Positions 9,635 through 19,814 of a stretch of 48,073 bases of DNA are shown in pieces. Under the pieces are notes generated by a model. It had not been told where the DNA came from. It searched no databases and was given only the letters and a program-made list of their open reading frames with translations. Numbering within the stretch: the stretch's first letter is position 1; the number at the start of each line of letters is the position of its first letter. This DNA comes from Bdellovibrionales bacterium (GTDB taxonomy: Bacteria; Bdellovibrionota; Bdellovibrionia; Bdellovibrionales; UBA1609), in contig JBPCUO010000037.1 of NCBI GenBank assembly GCA_051011135.1, forward strand, positions 1 to 48,073, given 5' to 3'. A program made the translations under genes and the position numbers.

Positions 9635-12508
9635 GTGACGAGTTTTGAAATTCGAGAAAAGTTTCTTAAGTTTTTTGAAAAAAACCAACATAAAATCTTA
9701 CCTAGTTCTTCCTTAATTCCCAAACAGGATCCTACTCTTCTTTTTGTGAACGCTGGAATGAATCAATTCAAAAATATTTTTTTAGGTTTAGAAACTTCAA
9801 AAGATTTGAATGTTACAACTATTCAAAAATGCTTAAGAGCAGGTGGAAAACATAATGATATAGAAAATGTTGGAGAAACTCCTTGGCATCATACTTTTTT
9901 TGAAATGATGGGATCTTTTTCTTTTGGAGACTATTTTAAAAAAAGAGCCATAGAGCTGGCTTGGACTTTTTTAGTTCAAGAGCTTCGTTTTTCTGAAGAT
10001 CATTTATGGGTCACTGTTTTTAAAAATGATGACGCCGCCTATGAAATTTGGAAAGATCATATCAAAGTTCCAGCGCATAAAATTTTACGATTAGATGAGG
10101 GGGATAATTTTTGGCAAATGGGAGAGGTTGGCCCTTGCGGTCCCTGTTCTGAAATTCATTACTATAATGGCAATAAAAAAGAGCCTGATCCTGAAAAAGA
10201 TCTTATAGAAATTTGGAATCTTGTTTTTATGGAATTTTATGATGATGCCGGTAAAAAAAGACAAAAACTTCCCAAGCCTTGTGTGGACACAGGGATGGGA
10301 TTGGAACGACTGAGCTCTTTGGTTCAAAAAACCACAAGCAATTATAGTACCGATCTTTTCAAGGATATTCTTCTGACTTTAGAGAAAAACTGCCCTTATC
10401 AATATAATTTTTCAAAGCATGAGCAAAAAGAAGAACAAGTGGCTTTTCGTGTTGTGGCTGATCACAGTCGCGCTTTATCTTTTTTAATTGCTGATGGTGT
10501 TTTACCTGGTAGCGAAGGATCTCATTATGTTTTAAGACGAATTATGAGAAGAGCTCTTTACTACAGTCAAAAACTCCATCCTCAAAAACCTTTACTGCAA
10601 AAAGCAACAGAAAAAGTACTGGATCTTATGTCTCCTATTTATCCCGAGTTAAAAAAAGATGGTGCTCTTATTCTATCTTGTATCGAAGAAGAAAGTTTGC
10701 GTTTTTCTAAAAGTTTAGAAAAAGGAAGAAAAAAACTCTTAGAAAAAATGGAGGCCTTGCCTGATCCTTTTGTTGATTTTGAAACGGCTTGGGATCTTTA
10801 TAGCACTTATGGATTCCCTATTGATCTCACTCGCCTTATTGTTCAAGAAAAAAATTATAAAATGATTGATGAGCAAACTTTTGAAAAAGAAAAATCTCTT
10901 TTAGAAAAAAATAATAAATTAAATAAAACCAACTTGAAAAATCAATTAGAAAAAGTGATTCAAAATTTTAAATCTCTTTCCCAGCTTGAAGAAACCATCT
11001 TTACAGGTTATAAAAAAGGGCAGGAAACATCTTCTGTTTTATTTCTTTTTCAAAATGAAGCGGCTTGTTTAGAAGTCCAAAAACTTACAAAAGATCAAGA
11101 GGGTTGGCTTGTCGCGCCTCAAACTTGTTTTTATCCTGAAGGAGGAGGTCCTATTGGAGATCAAGGCCAAATAACGAGCCCGACAGGAAAAGCTCAAGTT
11201 TTAGATACTCTCAAAAAAAATAAGATTATTTTTCATAAAGTCAGAATTTTAGAAGGATTTTTAGAACAAAATTCCTCTTGCGAATTAAAAGTTGATAAAA
11301 ATTTTCGCTCTTTAATTACAACAAGTCATACCGCAACTCATCTTTTAAATGCTTCTTTAAGGAAGCATCTAGGAGATAAAGTTCGTCAAGCAGGATCTTT
11401 GGTAGAGCCTGGTTATTTAAGATTTGATTTTACCCATGATAAAGCTCTTACAGAAGCAGAATTACAAAGTATTGAAAATGAAATTTATACCACCATTCAA
11501 AATAAAGAATCGGTCTCCTCTCAAGTTCTGCCTTATCAAGAAGCTATCCAAGAAGGAGCTTTATTTTTAAAAGGAGAAAATTATCAAAACAAAGTTCGCG
11601 TGATTCGTATAGGGAAAAACACCTCTTATGAATTGTGCGGAGGTCTGCATGTTCAAAACTCTCAAGAGATTGAAGATTTTAAAATTCTTTTTGAAACAGG
11701 AGTTCAATCGGGAGTGCGAAGAATTGTAGCCGCCACAAGTCGGACTTGTAAAAAATGGGAAGATAATTTTAAACATCAAATTTCAGAATTAGCAGATTAT
11801 CTTAAAATACCTTTGGAAAATCTGCGAGAAAATCCTTTTCTAAAATGGGAAAAAGAACAAAATACCAAGATCGATCTTATAAAAAATCAAATTATAAATC
11901 TTAACTCTCCTACTAAAGCTCCTAAAGAAACAAAAAATATTTCCCTTTCAAAAAAATCTTTTTCTAGAAGACATCTTCTCACTCAATGGAATCTGGAATT
12001 AAGAACGCGCTTAGATCTTCCTGTTGTTAAAGATATTGAATCTCAAAATCCCTTTTTAGATTGGGCTCAAAAAAAACAAAATCTATTGGAAGATTTACAA
12101 AAACAATTTGAAAATTTAAAAAGTTTTTTTTCAAAAACAAAAGATCTTATTGAAAACTCTAAATCTTTTAAAAAAGGGCGCCTTGAGGGTCAGTTGATTA
12201 TTGTAGATCTTCCTTTAAAAGAAAGAAAACTTCTAGCAGGAGTTGTAGATCAAATAAAATCTAAAATCACTTCGGGAGTGATTGTCGCTATTGGAGACGA
12301 TGAAAAATCTCACCCTATTGTTATAAGTGTGACTAAAAATCTTCAACAAGAAATTTCAGCAGGAGAACTTTTAAAAAAGAAAGTTGCGCCTTTTTTAAAA
12401 GGACAAGGAGGAGGGCAAAAACACTTTGCTCAAGGATCTATTCAAGATAAATCTTCTGTTTCAAAACTGGAAAAATTTTTAATACAAAGTTTTGAAGAAA
12501 CTACTTAA
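9635..12508 (+). CDS. alaS: alanine--tRNA ligase
   Basis: Class II AlaRS core (FVNAGMNQFK, GPCGPCSEIH), editing-domain zinc motifs HTATHLL and CGGLHV, and a C-Ala GGG motif (KGQGGGQKHFAQGS). GTG start. Confidence 0.97.
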   Translation: MTSFEIREKFLKFFEKNQHKILPSSSLIPKQDPTLLFVNAGMNQFKNIFLGLETSKDLNVTTIQKCLRAGGKHNDIENVGETPWHHTFFEMMGSFSFGDYFKKRAIELAWTFLVQELRFSEDHLWVTVFKNDDAAYEIWKDHIKVPAHKILRLDEGDNFWQMGEVGPCGPCSEIHYYNGNKKEPDPEKDLIEIWNLVFMEFYDDAGKKRQKLPKPCVDTGMGLERLSSLVQKTTSNYSTDLFKDILLTLEKNCPYQYNFSKHEQKEEQVAFRVVADHSRALSFLIADGVLPGSEGSHYVLRRIMRRALYYSQKLHPQKPLLQKATEKVLDLMSPIYPELKKDGALILSCIEEESLRFSKSLEKGRKKLLEKMEALPDPFVDFETAWDLYSTYGFPIDLTRLIVQEKNYKMIDEQTFEKEKSLLEKNNKLNKTNLKNQLEKVIQNFKSLSQLEETIFTGYKKGQETSSVLFLFQNEAACLEVQKLTKDQEGWLVAPQTCFYPEGGGPIGDQGQITSPTGKAQVLDTLKKNKIIFHKVRILEGFLEQNSSCELKVDKNFRSLITTSHTATHLLNASLRKHLGDKVRQAGSLVEPGYLRFDFTHDKALTEAELQSIENEIYTTIQNKESVSSQVLPYQEAIQEGALFLKGENYQNKVRVIRIGKNTSYELCGGLHVQNSQEIEDFKILFETGVQSGVRRIVAATSRTCKKWEDNFKHQISELADYLKIPLENLRENPFLKWEKEQNTKIDLIKNQIINLNSPTKAPKETKNISLSKKSFSRRHLLTQWNLELRTRLDLPVVKDIESQNPFLDWAQKKQNLLEDLQKQFENLKSFFSKTKDLIENSKSFKKGRLEGQLIIVDLPLKERKLLAGVVDQIKSKITSGVIVAIGDDEKSHPIVISVTKNLQQEISAGELLKKKVAPFLKGQGGGQKHFAQGSIQDKSSVSKLEKFLIQSFEETT

Positions 12509-12511
12509 TTC

Positions 12512-13426
12512 CTAAACCATTAAATGCAAGCATTCTAATAAAACATCTGCTGCCACTAAACTTGTAATATCTCCATGGTCGTAAGAAGGATTTACTTCCA
12601 CTACATCTGCTGCCACTAAGTGTTCTATTTGTAAATTCTTTAAAAGATTTTTTGCTTCATAAGAACTCAATCCTCCCACCATAGGAGTTCCCGTTCCTGG
12701 AGCAAAAGCAGGATCCAAACAATCTACATCAAAACTTAAGTAAGTTGGCCCCTGGATAACTTTAGGAAGTTGAGACAGAATTTGTCGGCCCTTTTCTTTA
12801 ATGTCATCAACATAAAAAACTCTGATATTATTGTTATCTACAAAGTCCTTATCTTGCCCCTGAGTTAAAGGACCTCGAATACCAAATTGCCAAACTTGTT
12901 GAACTAGTTTTTCTGTAACAGCATGACGAACAAAAGTTCCATGATGATAATCTTCTCCATAAGCCGGGGGATAAGTATCATAATGAGCATCAAAATGAAT
13001 CAGATTTAAAGGACCATGTTGCTTAAAACAAGATCTTAATAAAGGTAGCGTAATAGAATGATCTCCACCGACGAATAACATTTTTAATTTTTTTTGCCAT
13101 AGTGGCAAGGTAAAATCTTCTATACTTTTATAAGTTTTTAAAAGAGAAATAGGATTCACAGGAATATCTCCTCCATCATAAATGTTTAATTTTTTAAAAA
13201 CATCTTGAGATTTGTGTAAATCATAACCTCGTCCCAAAGCCGAGATATCACGAACACGAGAAGGAGCCATTCTTGCTCCACTTCGATAAGTTGTTCCTCC
13301 ATCAAAGGGAACTCCAAAAATCAAAGTATCGGCTTGATCTCCCTGTTGATATTGAGGACAGCGAAAAAAAGTTTTCACACCAGAAAAGCGAGGATGCGAC
13401 CTTTTTTCTATTTCTTTGTATTTCAT
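12512..13426 (-). CDS. speB: agmatinase / ureohydrolase family protein
   Basis: Arginase-family Mn motifs GGDHSITL, HFDAHYDT and SFDVDCLDPAFAPGTGTP. I take the start at the ATG at 13426 (MKYKEIEK...); the track start at 13528 overlaps mutY and looks spurious. Confidence 0.8.
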   Translation of the reverse strand: MKYKEIEKRSHPRFSGVKTFFRCPQYQQGDQADTLIFGVPFDGGTTYRSGARMAPSRVRDISALGRGYDLHKSQDVFKKLNIYDGGDIPVNPISLLKTYKSIEDFTLPLWQKKLKMLFVGGDHSITLPLLRSCFKQHGPLNLIHFDAHYDTYPPAYGEDYHHGTFVRHAVTEKLVQQVWQFGIRGPLTQGQDKDFVDNNNIRVFYVDDIKEKGRQILSQLPKVIQGPTYLSFDVDCLDPAFAPGTGTPMVGGLSSYEAKNLLKNLQIEHLVAADVVEVNPSYDHGDITSLVAADVLLECLHLMV

Positions 13427-13471
13427 AAAATTCAAATTCCTTTCTATAAAAAAATTGATTATATAGTGATT

Positions 13472-14449
13472 ATGAAAAAACTTCAACAAAGGAGCCAAAA
13501 TAAGCTCCTTGATTGGTTTCAAAAACATAAGAGAAATCTACCTTGGAGGCGGACAAAAGATCCTTACTCGATATGGATTTCCGAAGTCATGCTTCAACAA
13601 ACAACTTCTAAAGCTGTTATTCCTTATTATATTAAATTTTTAAAAAAATTTCCTCATCTTAAAAAATTATCTCAAGCTAAGAAAACAGAAGTTTTCTCTT
13701 TATGGTCTGGCCTAGGTTATTACAGAAGAGCAGAAAATCTTATAAAAGCAGCTCAAGAACTTCAAAAACTGGGCCGCTTTCCGAAAAGTTATAAAGAGCT
13801 TCTTTTACTTCCTGGTTTTGGTGATTATACATCCCGATCTGTGGCCTCTTTAGCTTTTAAAGAAGCGGTAGGAGTTGTCGATGGAAATGTTATAAGATTG
13901 TTTTCTAGATTTTATGAAACTGGTTTTCAATGGTGGAAAACCAAAGATAAAAAAGAACTTCAAGCACGAGCAGATCTTTGGGTTCAAGGCTTCGACTCCT
14001 CTTTAATGAATCAAGCTTTAATGGAATTAGGTTCTCTGATTTGCGTCTCTCAACAACCTTTATGCTTACTATGTCCTATCTCTAAAGACTGTAAGGCTTT
14101 TAAAAATAAAACTCAAAATCAATTTCCTTTAAAAAGAATAAAAAAATCAAAAGAACTTTGGTATTGGTCTCTTCAAAAAATAACTAAAAATTCAAAATGG
14201 GCTTTTGTTAAAAATAAAAAGACTCCTTTTTTAAAAGATAAAATTTTATTTCCTGGAACTTTAAAAAAAGTCAGCTCCAAACCTAAGCAATATGATTTTT
14301 CTCATAATATTATGAATTATCAAATTTTTGTCCATGTCAAAAGCATGCCTTTTAAAAAAAAGAAAAATCAAGAGCTTCAATGGTTTACAAAAAACCAAGC
14401 TAAAAAATTAAACCCATCCTCTTTGATTGAAAAAGTATTCACTCTTTAG
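13472..14449 (+). CDS. mutY: A/G-specific adenine DNA glycosylase
   Basis: LPWRRTKDPYSIWISEVMLQQT, a HhH-GPD region and a 4Fe-4S cluster loop CVSQQPLCLLCPISKDC. I take the start at the ATG at 13472 (MKKLQQRS...). Confidence 0.88.
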   Translation: MKKLQQRSQNKLLDWFQKHKRNLPWRRTKDPYSIWISEVMLQQTTSKAVIPYYIKFLKKFPHLKKLSQAKKTEVFSLWSGLGYYRRAENLIKAAQELQKLGRFPKSYKELLLLPGFGDYTSRSVASLAFKEAVGVVDGNVIRLFSRFYETGFQWWKTKDKKELQARADLWVQGFDSSLMNQALMELGSLICVSQQPLCLLCPISKDCKAFKNKTQNQFPLKRIKKSKELWYWSLQKITKNSKWAFVKNKKTPFLKDKILFPGTLKKVSSKPKQYDFSHNIMNYQIFVHVKSMPFKKKKNQELQWFTKNQAKKLNPSSLIEKVFTL

Positions 14450-14516
14450 AAATACTTTTGACTCTTAAAAATCTATCAGGTAGTCTAACAAGGTAAATGA
14501 TTTTAAAGGAGCATAT

Positions 14517-14699
14517 ATGAGTCCTTCTTTTTGGCAAATAGTTATTGTAGTTGTTATTGTATTATTTGTTTTTGGTCCTAAAAGAATTCCTGGCTTAGGA
14601 AAATCTCTTGGAGAAGCGATAAGAGGTTTTAGAAAAGGCCTTAATGAAGATGAACCCAAAGACGAAGACAATAAAAATAATAATTCTTCTGAATCTTAA
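14517..14699 (+). CDS. tatA: twin-arginine translocase subunit TatA/E
   Basis: A TM helix followed by the FGPKRIPGLGKSLGEAIRGFRKG amphipathic motif. An AAAGGAG Shine-Dalgarno sequence lies upstream. Confidence 0.9.
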   Translation: MSPSFWQIVIVVVIVLFVFGPKRIPGLGKSLGEAIRGFRKGLNEDEPKDEDNKNNNSSES

Positions 14700-14702
14700 A
14701 AT

Positions 14703-16703
14703 TCAAATTTTTAAAACAGCTTTCACAATAGAAGAACTATCCAACCCAAAGTAGCGGTAGAGATCTTCTGCTTTATACGCGCTTCGACCTATTTCACCAT
14801 CAACACAAAGAGTCTTTAATTTAAGAATAGAGCCACCATGCTTTATAATTTCTGAAATTAAAAGAGAAGACATTCCTCCCCGATATTGATGGTCTTCAAC
14901 GGTCACCAATCGGCCCTCACATTTTTTTAACCATTTGCAAATCACAGAAACATCAACATGACTCACAGAAGAGTTGTTAATCACAATCACTCCTTGATTC
15001 TGCTTTTTAAGCTCTTCTGCCGCCTGTAAAGCCGTATAAACTAAAGCTCCTGTTGCAACAATAACTGTTGGTTTTTTTCCCTGTTCATATTGAAACAAAA
15101 CCTGAGGCTGCCTTAATTTATATTGAATCGATGAATCGCCTAAGCTTTTTGGAAACACTTCACGACCTAAAAACAGAATTTTTGTATTTGGAATCTTGCC
15201 TGATTTTCTTTGTGAATAAAACTCATCGATCGCTTGAGACATAAAAGCATAAGCTTCATCAGAACAGCTCAAGTTATAAACTTCTGTATGAGGAAGTGAA
15301 AAGGTTTTAGCAATATAAGAAAGAGCTTGATGAGAAGCTCCATCAGCAGCATCTTGAAAACCAGCATGAGAAAAAACACCTATAATAGGAGCTTGAGATA
15401 AAGCAGACATAATCATTGGTAAAGCTCCTTTTGTAATAGCGAATTGAGCAAATGTATCTACAACAGGAATAAAACCCTCTTTTGAAAAACCAACAGCCGT
15501 GCTGATCATATTAGCCTCTGCAACTCCCACATCAAAAGCCACTTCTGGAAATTTTTTTCTAAAACCTGCAACTCCTGTTGAGCCAAAAAGATCTGAACTG
15601 ATAGATACTAAAGGTTTTCCTTCCTCCTTTTTTTCTATTAAAGCTTGATCTAAACCTTTTTGAATTTTTACAAAAGAAGCCGTTTGAGATGAGCCTTTTT
15701 TGTTTTTAAGATTTTCACACCATTTTAATAAAGGAGAGGGTATCGGATCTTCTCCATAAATTTCCTGTATAAAAGCACCTACATCTTCTCCCTTTTTTAA
15801 AGGAAATCCATGACCACCTGAAGAGGATTCCATCGTCGATTTAACTCCAAACCCCTTACAAGTTTTGATAACAAGAGCCACAGGAACTTGAGGCTCATTT
15901 TTGAGAGTTTGAAAAGCTTTTTCTAAAGAATTAAAAACAGTTTGTAAATCATTTCCTTTGGAAACGGTTTGCAAATTCCAACCTAAAGTTTTTAAACTAT
16001 CAAATGTAGGTTGTAAGGAAAAACTATCTTCATCAATGCGACCGCTTAATTTTGTATTATTATCACTGATGATAAGTAAAAAAGGATTCGTTTGATTTTT
16101 TTTAGCAAAACCTGGTAAGGATGCAAAGCTTTCTTTCACTTCTCCTTCCATGCAAGCTCCATCACTTAAAGTTACAATACACATTCTTTCTCGCTTTAAA
16201 AGTTTATCAGCCATCGATAAACCTTGAGCTTGAGCAACCGTAGAACCTAAAGGTCCGTTACTTAAGTAAACTCCTTCAGGAAATAAATGAGCTTCTCCAT
16301 GTCCTGTTAAGCGACTCTCTATAGAGCGAAATTTTTTTAAATCCTCCAACCCAATACCCGCCATTTTGTAATTGGCTTTTAAAGCATAAATTCCATTTTC
16401 ACAGTGACCAGCATCATTGATAAGATGAAATCTCTCATGCCACTTTTGTCTTGCTTTTTGAGCTTCATAAAAAATAAGAGCATAAAGAGCAGCCATGATT
16501 TCTGCAAAAGCAGCAGGCCCTCCCCAATGACTGGCAGCTCCTCCTAAAACCGCTGCCATATTCATACAAGCTAAAAGAGCTCTTGTTGCTTTTGGATCCG
16601 CTACATCCAAGCTTTCGCCTTGAGCATTTTTAATAGAAACAGAAAACATAGGTTTTTGAGATAAAGGACTTGCGAGTTGATTTTTTAAAGGAATTATCTT
16701 CAT
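14703..16703 (-). CDS. transketolase-family thiamine-diphosphate-dependent enzyme (divergent)
   Basis: 666 aa. It has a Tkt-like N-terminus (ASHWGGPAAFAEI..., NDAGHCENGIYAL, LTGHGE), a TPP-binding SDG-x(n)-NN motif (TLSDGACMEGE...IISDNN), and Pyr and C-terminal domains. It is not the canonical SGHPG sequence. Confidence 0.75.
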   Translation of the reverse strand: MKIIPLKNQLASPLSQKPMFSVSIKNAQGESLDVADPKATRALLACMNMAAVLGGAASHWGGPAAFAEIMAALYALIFYEAQKARQKWHERFHLINDAGHCENGIYALKANYKMAGIGLEDLKKFRSIESRLTGHGEAHLFPEGVYLSNGPLGSTVAQAQGLSMADKLLKRERMCIVTLSDGACMEGEVKESFASLPGFAKKNQTNPFLLIISDNNTKLSGRIDEDSFSLQPTFDSLKTLGWNLQTVSKGNDLQTVFNSLEKAFQTLKNEPQVPVALVIKTCKGFGVKSTMESSSGGHGFPLKKGEDVGAFIQEIYGEDPIPSPLLKWCENLKNKKGSSQTASFVKIQKGLDQALIEKKEEGKPLVSISSDLFGSTGVAGFRKKFPEVAFDVGVAEANMISTAVGFSKEGFIPVVDTFAQFAITKGALPMIMSALSQAPIIGVFSHAGFQDAADGASHQALSYIAKTFSLPHTEVYNLSCSDEAYAFMSQAIDEFYSQRKSGKIPNTKILFLGREVFPKSLGDSSIQYKLRQPQVLFQYEQGKKPTVIVATGALVYTALQAAEELKKQNQGVIVINNSSVSHVDVSVICKWLKKCEGRLVTVEDHQYRGGMSSLLISEIIKHGGSILKLKTLCVDGEIGRSAYKAEDLYRYFGLDSSSIVKAVLKI

Positions 16704-16727
16704 AGTTTTTACTTACCTACACCTGGA

Positions 16728-17372
16728 TTAAGGGTCAACTTTTTTTAAACAACCACCTTCTAAGATGAAAAATTCATCAGCTAACTCTTTCACATCTTCT
16801 GAATCATGACTGATGAGTAAAGCTCCCAAACCTCTACTTTGAATGACTTGTTTTGTTAAAATCCTTGCTTCTTTTCGATTTTCCTCATCAAGATGAGTAA
16901 AAGGTTCATCTAATAATAAAAATTGAGGTTGAGATAAAAGAGCTCTTGCTAAAGACACTCTTTGTCGCTCTCCTCCAGAAAGCTTTTGTACATCAGAAGA
17001 TAATTTATGTTGGATCTTTAAAGCACGCACTATCGTTTCAAAATCTTTTTTCAAAACGCTCCCATCCAATCCTCTTGCCTCTCCCGCCATTAAAATATTT
17101 TCTTGAACTGATAAATGTGGAAACAACCTTAAATCTTGAAAAGAAACTCCTAAATTTCTTTCAGGAGGAGATTTTCGAGCTAGATCTTCTCCTTTGAATT
17201 CCCAAATCAAAGAAGGACAAGGTAGAAGTCCACATAAAATTTTTAAAAGACTTGTTTTCCCACTTCCTGAAGAGCCAGAAAGCACAACAATATGATCTTC
17301 TTTAAAAGACCATTCCGGTATCTTTAAAGAAAAATCTTTAATGCTGTAATTTAAATTTTTTATCAAAGACAA
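16728..17372 (-). CDS. thiQ: thiamine ABC transporter ATP-binding protein
   Basis: Walker A GSSGSGKTS, signature LSGGERQRVSLARAL and Walker B LLLDEP. It follows thiB-thiP in the canonical order. Confidence 0.75.
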   Translation of the reverse strand: MSLIKNLNYSIKDFSLKIPEWSFKEDHIVVLSGSSGSGKTSLLKILCGLLPCPSLIWEFKGEDLARKSPPERNLGVSFQDLRLFPHLSVQENILMAGEARGLDGSVLKKDFETIVRALKIQHKLSSDVQKLSGGERQRVSLARALLSQPQFLLLDEPFTHLDEENRKEARILTKQVIQSRGLGALLISHDSEDVKELADEFFILEGGCLKKVDP

Positions 17373-18852
17373 AACTAACTCCTATCCAAAAAAGAAAAAC
17401 CAATAAACTTAAAATCAACAAAAACCAGCTCGCTAAAAGAGCTAGATCTAAACGATAAGAAGAAAATAAATCATAAGTCAAAAGAGCCATATTCCAATGA
17501 CCTTGAGATACTATTAAACTATAAGAAAAATCTCCACAAGCTAAAAAAGCAGAAAGGCCAGCGCATAAAAAAAAGACACTTCGGCTTTGTGGCCATAAAA
17601 TTTTAGAAAAAACAAACAGCCAGCTTCCTCCTAAAAGACGAGTCATCTCTACTTGATCTGTTAATTTTTCTAACATGACTTCTCCTCTTAAACGATAGAC
17701 AATAGGAAATAATAATAAGGAGAGTCCAAAAATCCATTTTAATAATACAAAATTTAAACTATAAAAAGGGAGTATTAAAAAGGCGAATCCAACTAAAGTC
17801 ACTCCTGGATACATGAAAGCAACTACAAATTTTCGAAAAATAGAACTTCGAAAAGAAAGAGACATCATTATAAAAAAAACCAGAACTAAACTTCCTACTC
17901 CTAGACCCAGTAAAAAAGAATGCAAAAGAGAACTCCATAAAATAAAATCCAAATCTATTATTTTTAAAAAGTTTTTTTTAAAATCAGAAATAAAAAATAA
18001 TCCAAATACTGATATAAGACTTGGAAACAAAGGAATGATAAGCATGATCTTTTTTGGAATTAAATATATTTTTCCTTTATAAAAATTAAAAGAAGAAGAT
18101 AAGGTTGGAGAAAAAGCTTTAATATAAATATAAAAAATCAAAACTGTTTGTAGTAAAATTAAAAAAGTCGCCACCGGCCACGCATCAGGATCTTTTAATT
18201 GTTCATAAATAAAAAATTCTAAACTAACACCTCGACCCCCTGCTGTTAAAAGAGGCAAGCTTAAGCTGGTAAAAGCACTTATAAAAATAAGTGTCATAAG
18301 AGTTTTTATATCTTTTCTTAAAAAAGTTCGCATGATGTATTTTAAAAATTTCCAAGACGATAAATCGTGGATATAAGCCCATTCACTCAGCTGGGATATT
18401 TCCTCACTTAAAACACGACTCCAAACAACAGAACATAAACCTGTATAAGTTAAAACTTGAAAAAAGATTAAAGACCCTAACCCAAAAGGAAAGGGCATGA
18501 ATAACTCCAGCAAATTAGCAACAGATATAACAAGAATCAAAGAGGGAATAAGACTTGGTAAAACAACAAAAGCCTCTATTAAAAAATAGTATTTTTTTGA
18601 AACAAGAGTCAATAATCCTCTGACTCCTAAAAAAGAAAACAAAAAAATCAATCCGGTAGCAGCTAAAGCTTGAAAAAAAGTCCAACCTATTACAGATAAA
18701 AATTCCAGATCTTCCGCCCAAGAAAGCCCCTTGATTTGAGTCAAAAAAAGAACCAGAGGGATTAATAATAAAAAACTTACTAAAGCAGCTGGAAAATGAA
18801 AAATACTATCTTTAAAAGAAAATAATCTTTTCAATATAAAATATCCTTCCAT
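17338..18852 (-). CDS. thiP: thiamine ABC transporter permease (duplicated transmembrane domain)
   Basis: 504-aa polytopic protein. The size, the double-module architecture and the position between thiB and thiQ all match ThiP. Confidence 0.7.
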   Translation of the reverse strand: MEGYFILKRLFSFKDSIFHFPAALVSFLLLIPLVLFLTQIKGLSWAEDLEFLSVIGWTFFQALAATGLIFLFSFLGVRGLLTLVSKKYYFLIEAFVVLPSLIPSLILVISVANLLELFMPFPFGLGSLIFFQVLTYTGLCSVVWSRVLSEEISQLSEWAYIHDLSSWKFLKYIMRTFLRKDIKTLMTLIFISAFTSLSLPLLTAGGRGVSLEFFIYEQLKDPDAWPVATFLILLQTVLIFYIYIKAFSPTLSSSFNFYKGKIYLIPKKIMLIIPLFPSLISVFGLFFISDFKKNFLKIIDLDFILWSSLLHSFLLGLGVGSLVLVFFIMMSLSFRSSIFRKFVVAFMYPGVTLVGFAFLILPFYSLNFVLLKWIFGLSLLLFPIVYRLRGEVMLEKLTDQVEMTRLLGGSWLFVFSKILWPQSRSVFFLCAGLSAFLACGDFSYSLIVSQGHWNMALLTYDLFSSYRLDLALLASWFLLILSLLVFLFWIGVSFVFDKKFKLQH

Positions 18853-19814
18853 TGTTTGAGAAGATTTTTTCTATCTTTTAAAAAAGCATTCATCCTATCA
18901 TAAGATAAAAGGGGGGGTCGGTTTAAAGCCGGTGGTTTTTGTTCTTTTAAAACGGAAAGCATATAATGTTTATCTTGAATTAAATTTTGAGATTGAGGAG
19001 ATAATAAAAGTTTGATAAATTCAAAAGCTAAAGATACATTTTGAGAAGACTTTGGCACTCCAACAAACTCAACTTGATAAGGATGACCTTCTTTAAAGTA
19101 AGCAAACTGATAGGACAAATCCTGTTGTTCTTTTTTATGATAAAGGAGGGATGTAAGATAGGAAAGACTCATATCCACTCGTCCCTTTTGAAAATAACCA
19201 TAAGATAAAGACCAAGAAAAAACAGGTCCATAAATCCTCGTTTTAAGGCGCGTTAAAAACACTTGAATCTTATTTAAATCTCCCCCAAACGCCTCGTAAA
19301 TCCAATAATAAAATTGGAGACCTAAGCTGCTTGATTTAGGTTCTGGAAAAGACAGTCTCCCCTCTATCTGAGGCAGTTCTTTTAAAGCATGAATAAAGGG
19401 CTGATTTCTGACAATAAAACCAATAGGTGCCCAATCGATAGGTATAAAAAATTTATTTTTCCACTTCATCGCTTCTTTATTTAAAGAGGTTTGTATCGAG
19501 TCTATAGAATGCCAATTCTCTTTTTTAATATTCCATAAATGAAATTGATCTAATCCAATGACTAAATCAATATCAGAAATCAAATGAAGTCTTTGGAGTA
19601 AAGCTGTTGAATCTTCAGAAACAAACCACACCATGTTGCATTCACAAAAAGATTCAAATTCTTTTTGAAGGTCTTTTCTTGGTCCATACAGGCCTGCAAA
19701 AGAAGAATAAGTTAGCACTTTTAAAGTTTTAGTAGGAGCCGTTTTGTCTATAGATAAAATACAATAGCTAAAAAAAATCAATCCAAGAAAAATATAAATT
19801 ATTTTTTTAATCAT
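18831..19814 (-). CDS. thiB: thiamine/TPP-binding periplasmic protein
   Basis: It aligns by eye along its length to E. coli ThiB/TbpA, recalled from memory. Examples: LKVLTYSSFAGLYGP vs LTVYTYDSFAADWGP, DLVIGLD vs DVVLGLD, SLSYLTS..YH vs VLSYTTSPAYH, and FKEGHPYQVEF vs FSEGHYLQVEV. It has a signal peptide. Confidence 0.8.
   Translation of the reverse strand: MIKKIIYIFLGLIFFSYCILSIDKTAPTKTLKVLTYSSFAGLYGPRKDLQKEFESFCECNMVWFVSEDSTALLQRLHLISDIDLVIGLDQFHLWNIKKENWHSIDSIQTSLNKEAMKWKNKFFIPIDWAPIGFIVRNQPFIHALKELPQIEGRLSFPEPKSSSLGLQFYYWIYEAFGGDLNKIQVFLTRLKTRIYGPVFSWSLSYGYFQKGRVDMSLSYLTSLLYHKKEQQDLSYQFAYFKEGHPYQVEFVGVPKSSQNVSLAFEFIKLLLSPQSQNLIQDKHYMLSVLKEQKPPALNRPPLLSYDRMNAFLKDRKNLLKQWKDILY

Noticed and set aside
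12543-12619. Exact 17-nt direct repeat (acatctgctgccactaa) 60 nt apart inside speB.
   Set aside because: Both copies encode LVAADV in segments that are normally similar in ureohydrolases (…DVVEV… and the C-terminal helix). There is no evidence of a mobile or regulatory element.
13334-13528. Apparent 195-nt overlap between the divergent speB and mutY ORFs.
   Set aside because: It is an artefact of longest-ORF calling. Both proteins have conserved N-termini starting at internal ATGs (13426 and 13472). That leaves a normal 45-nt divergent spacer.
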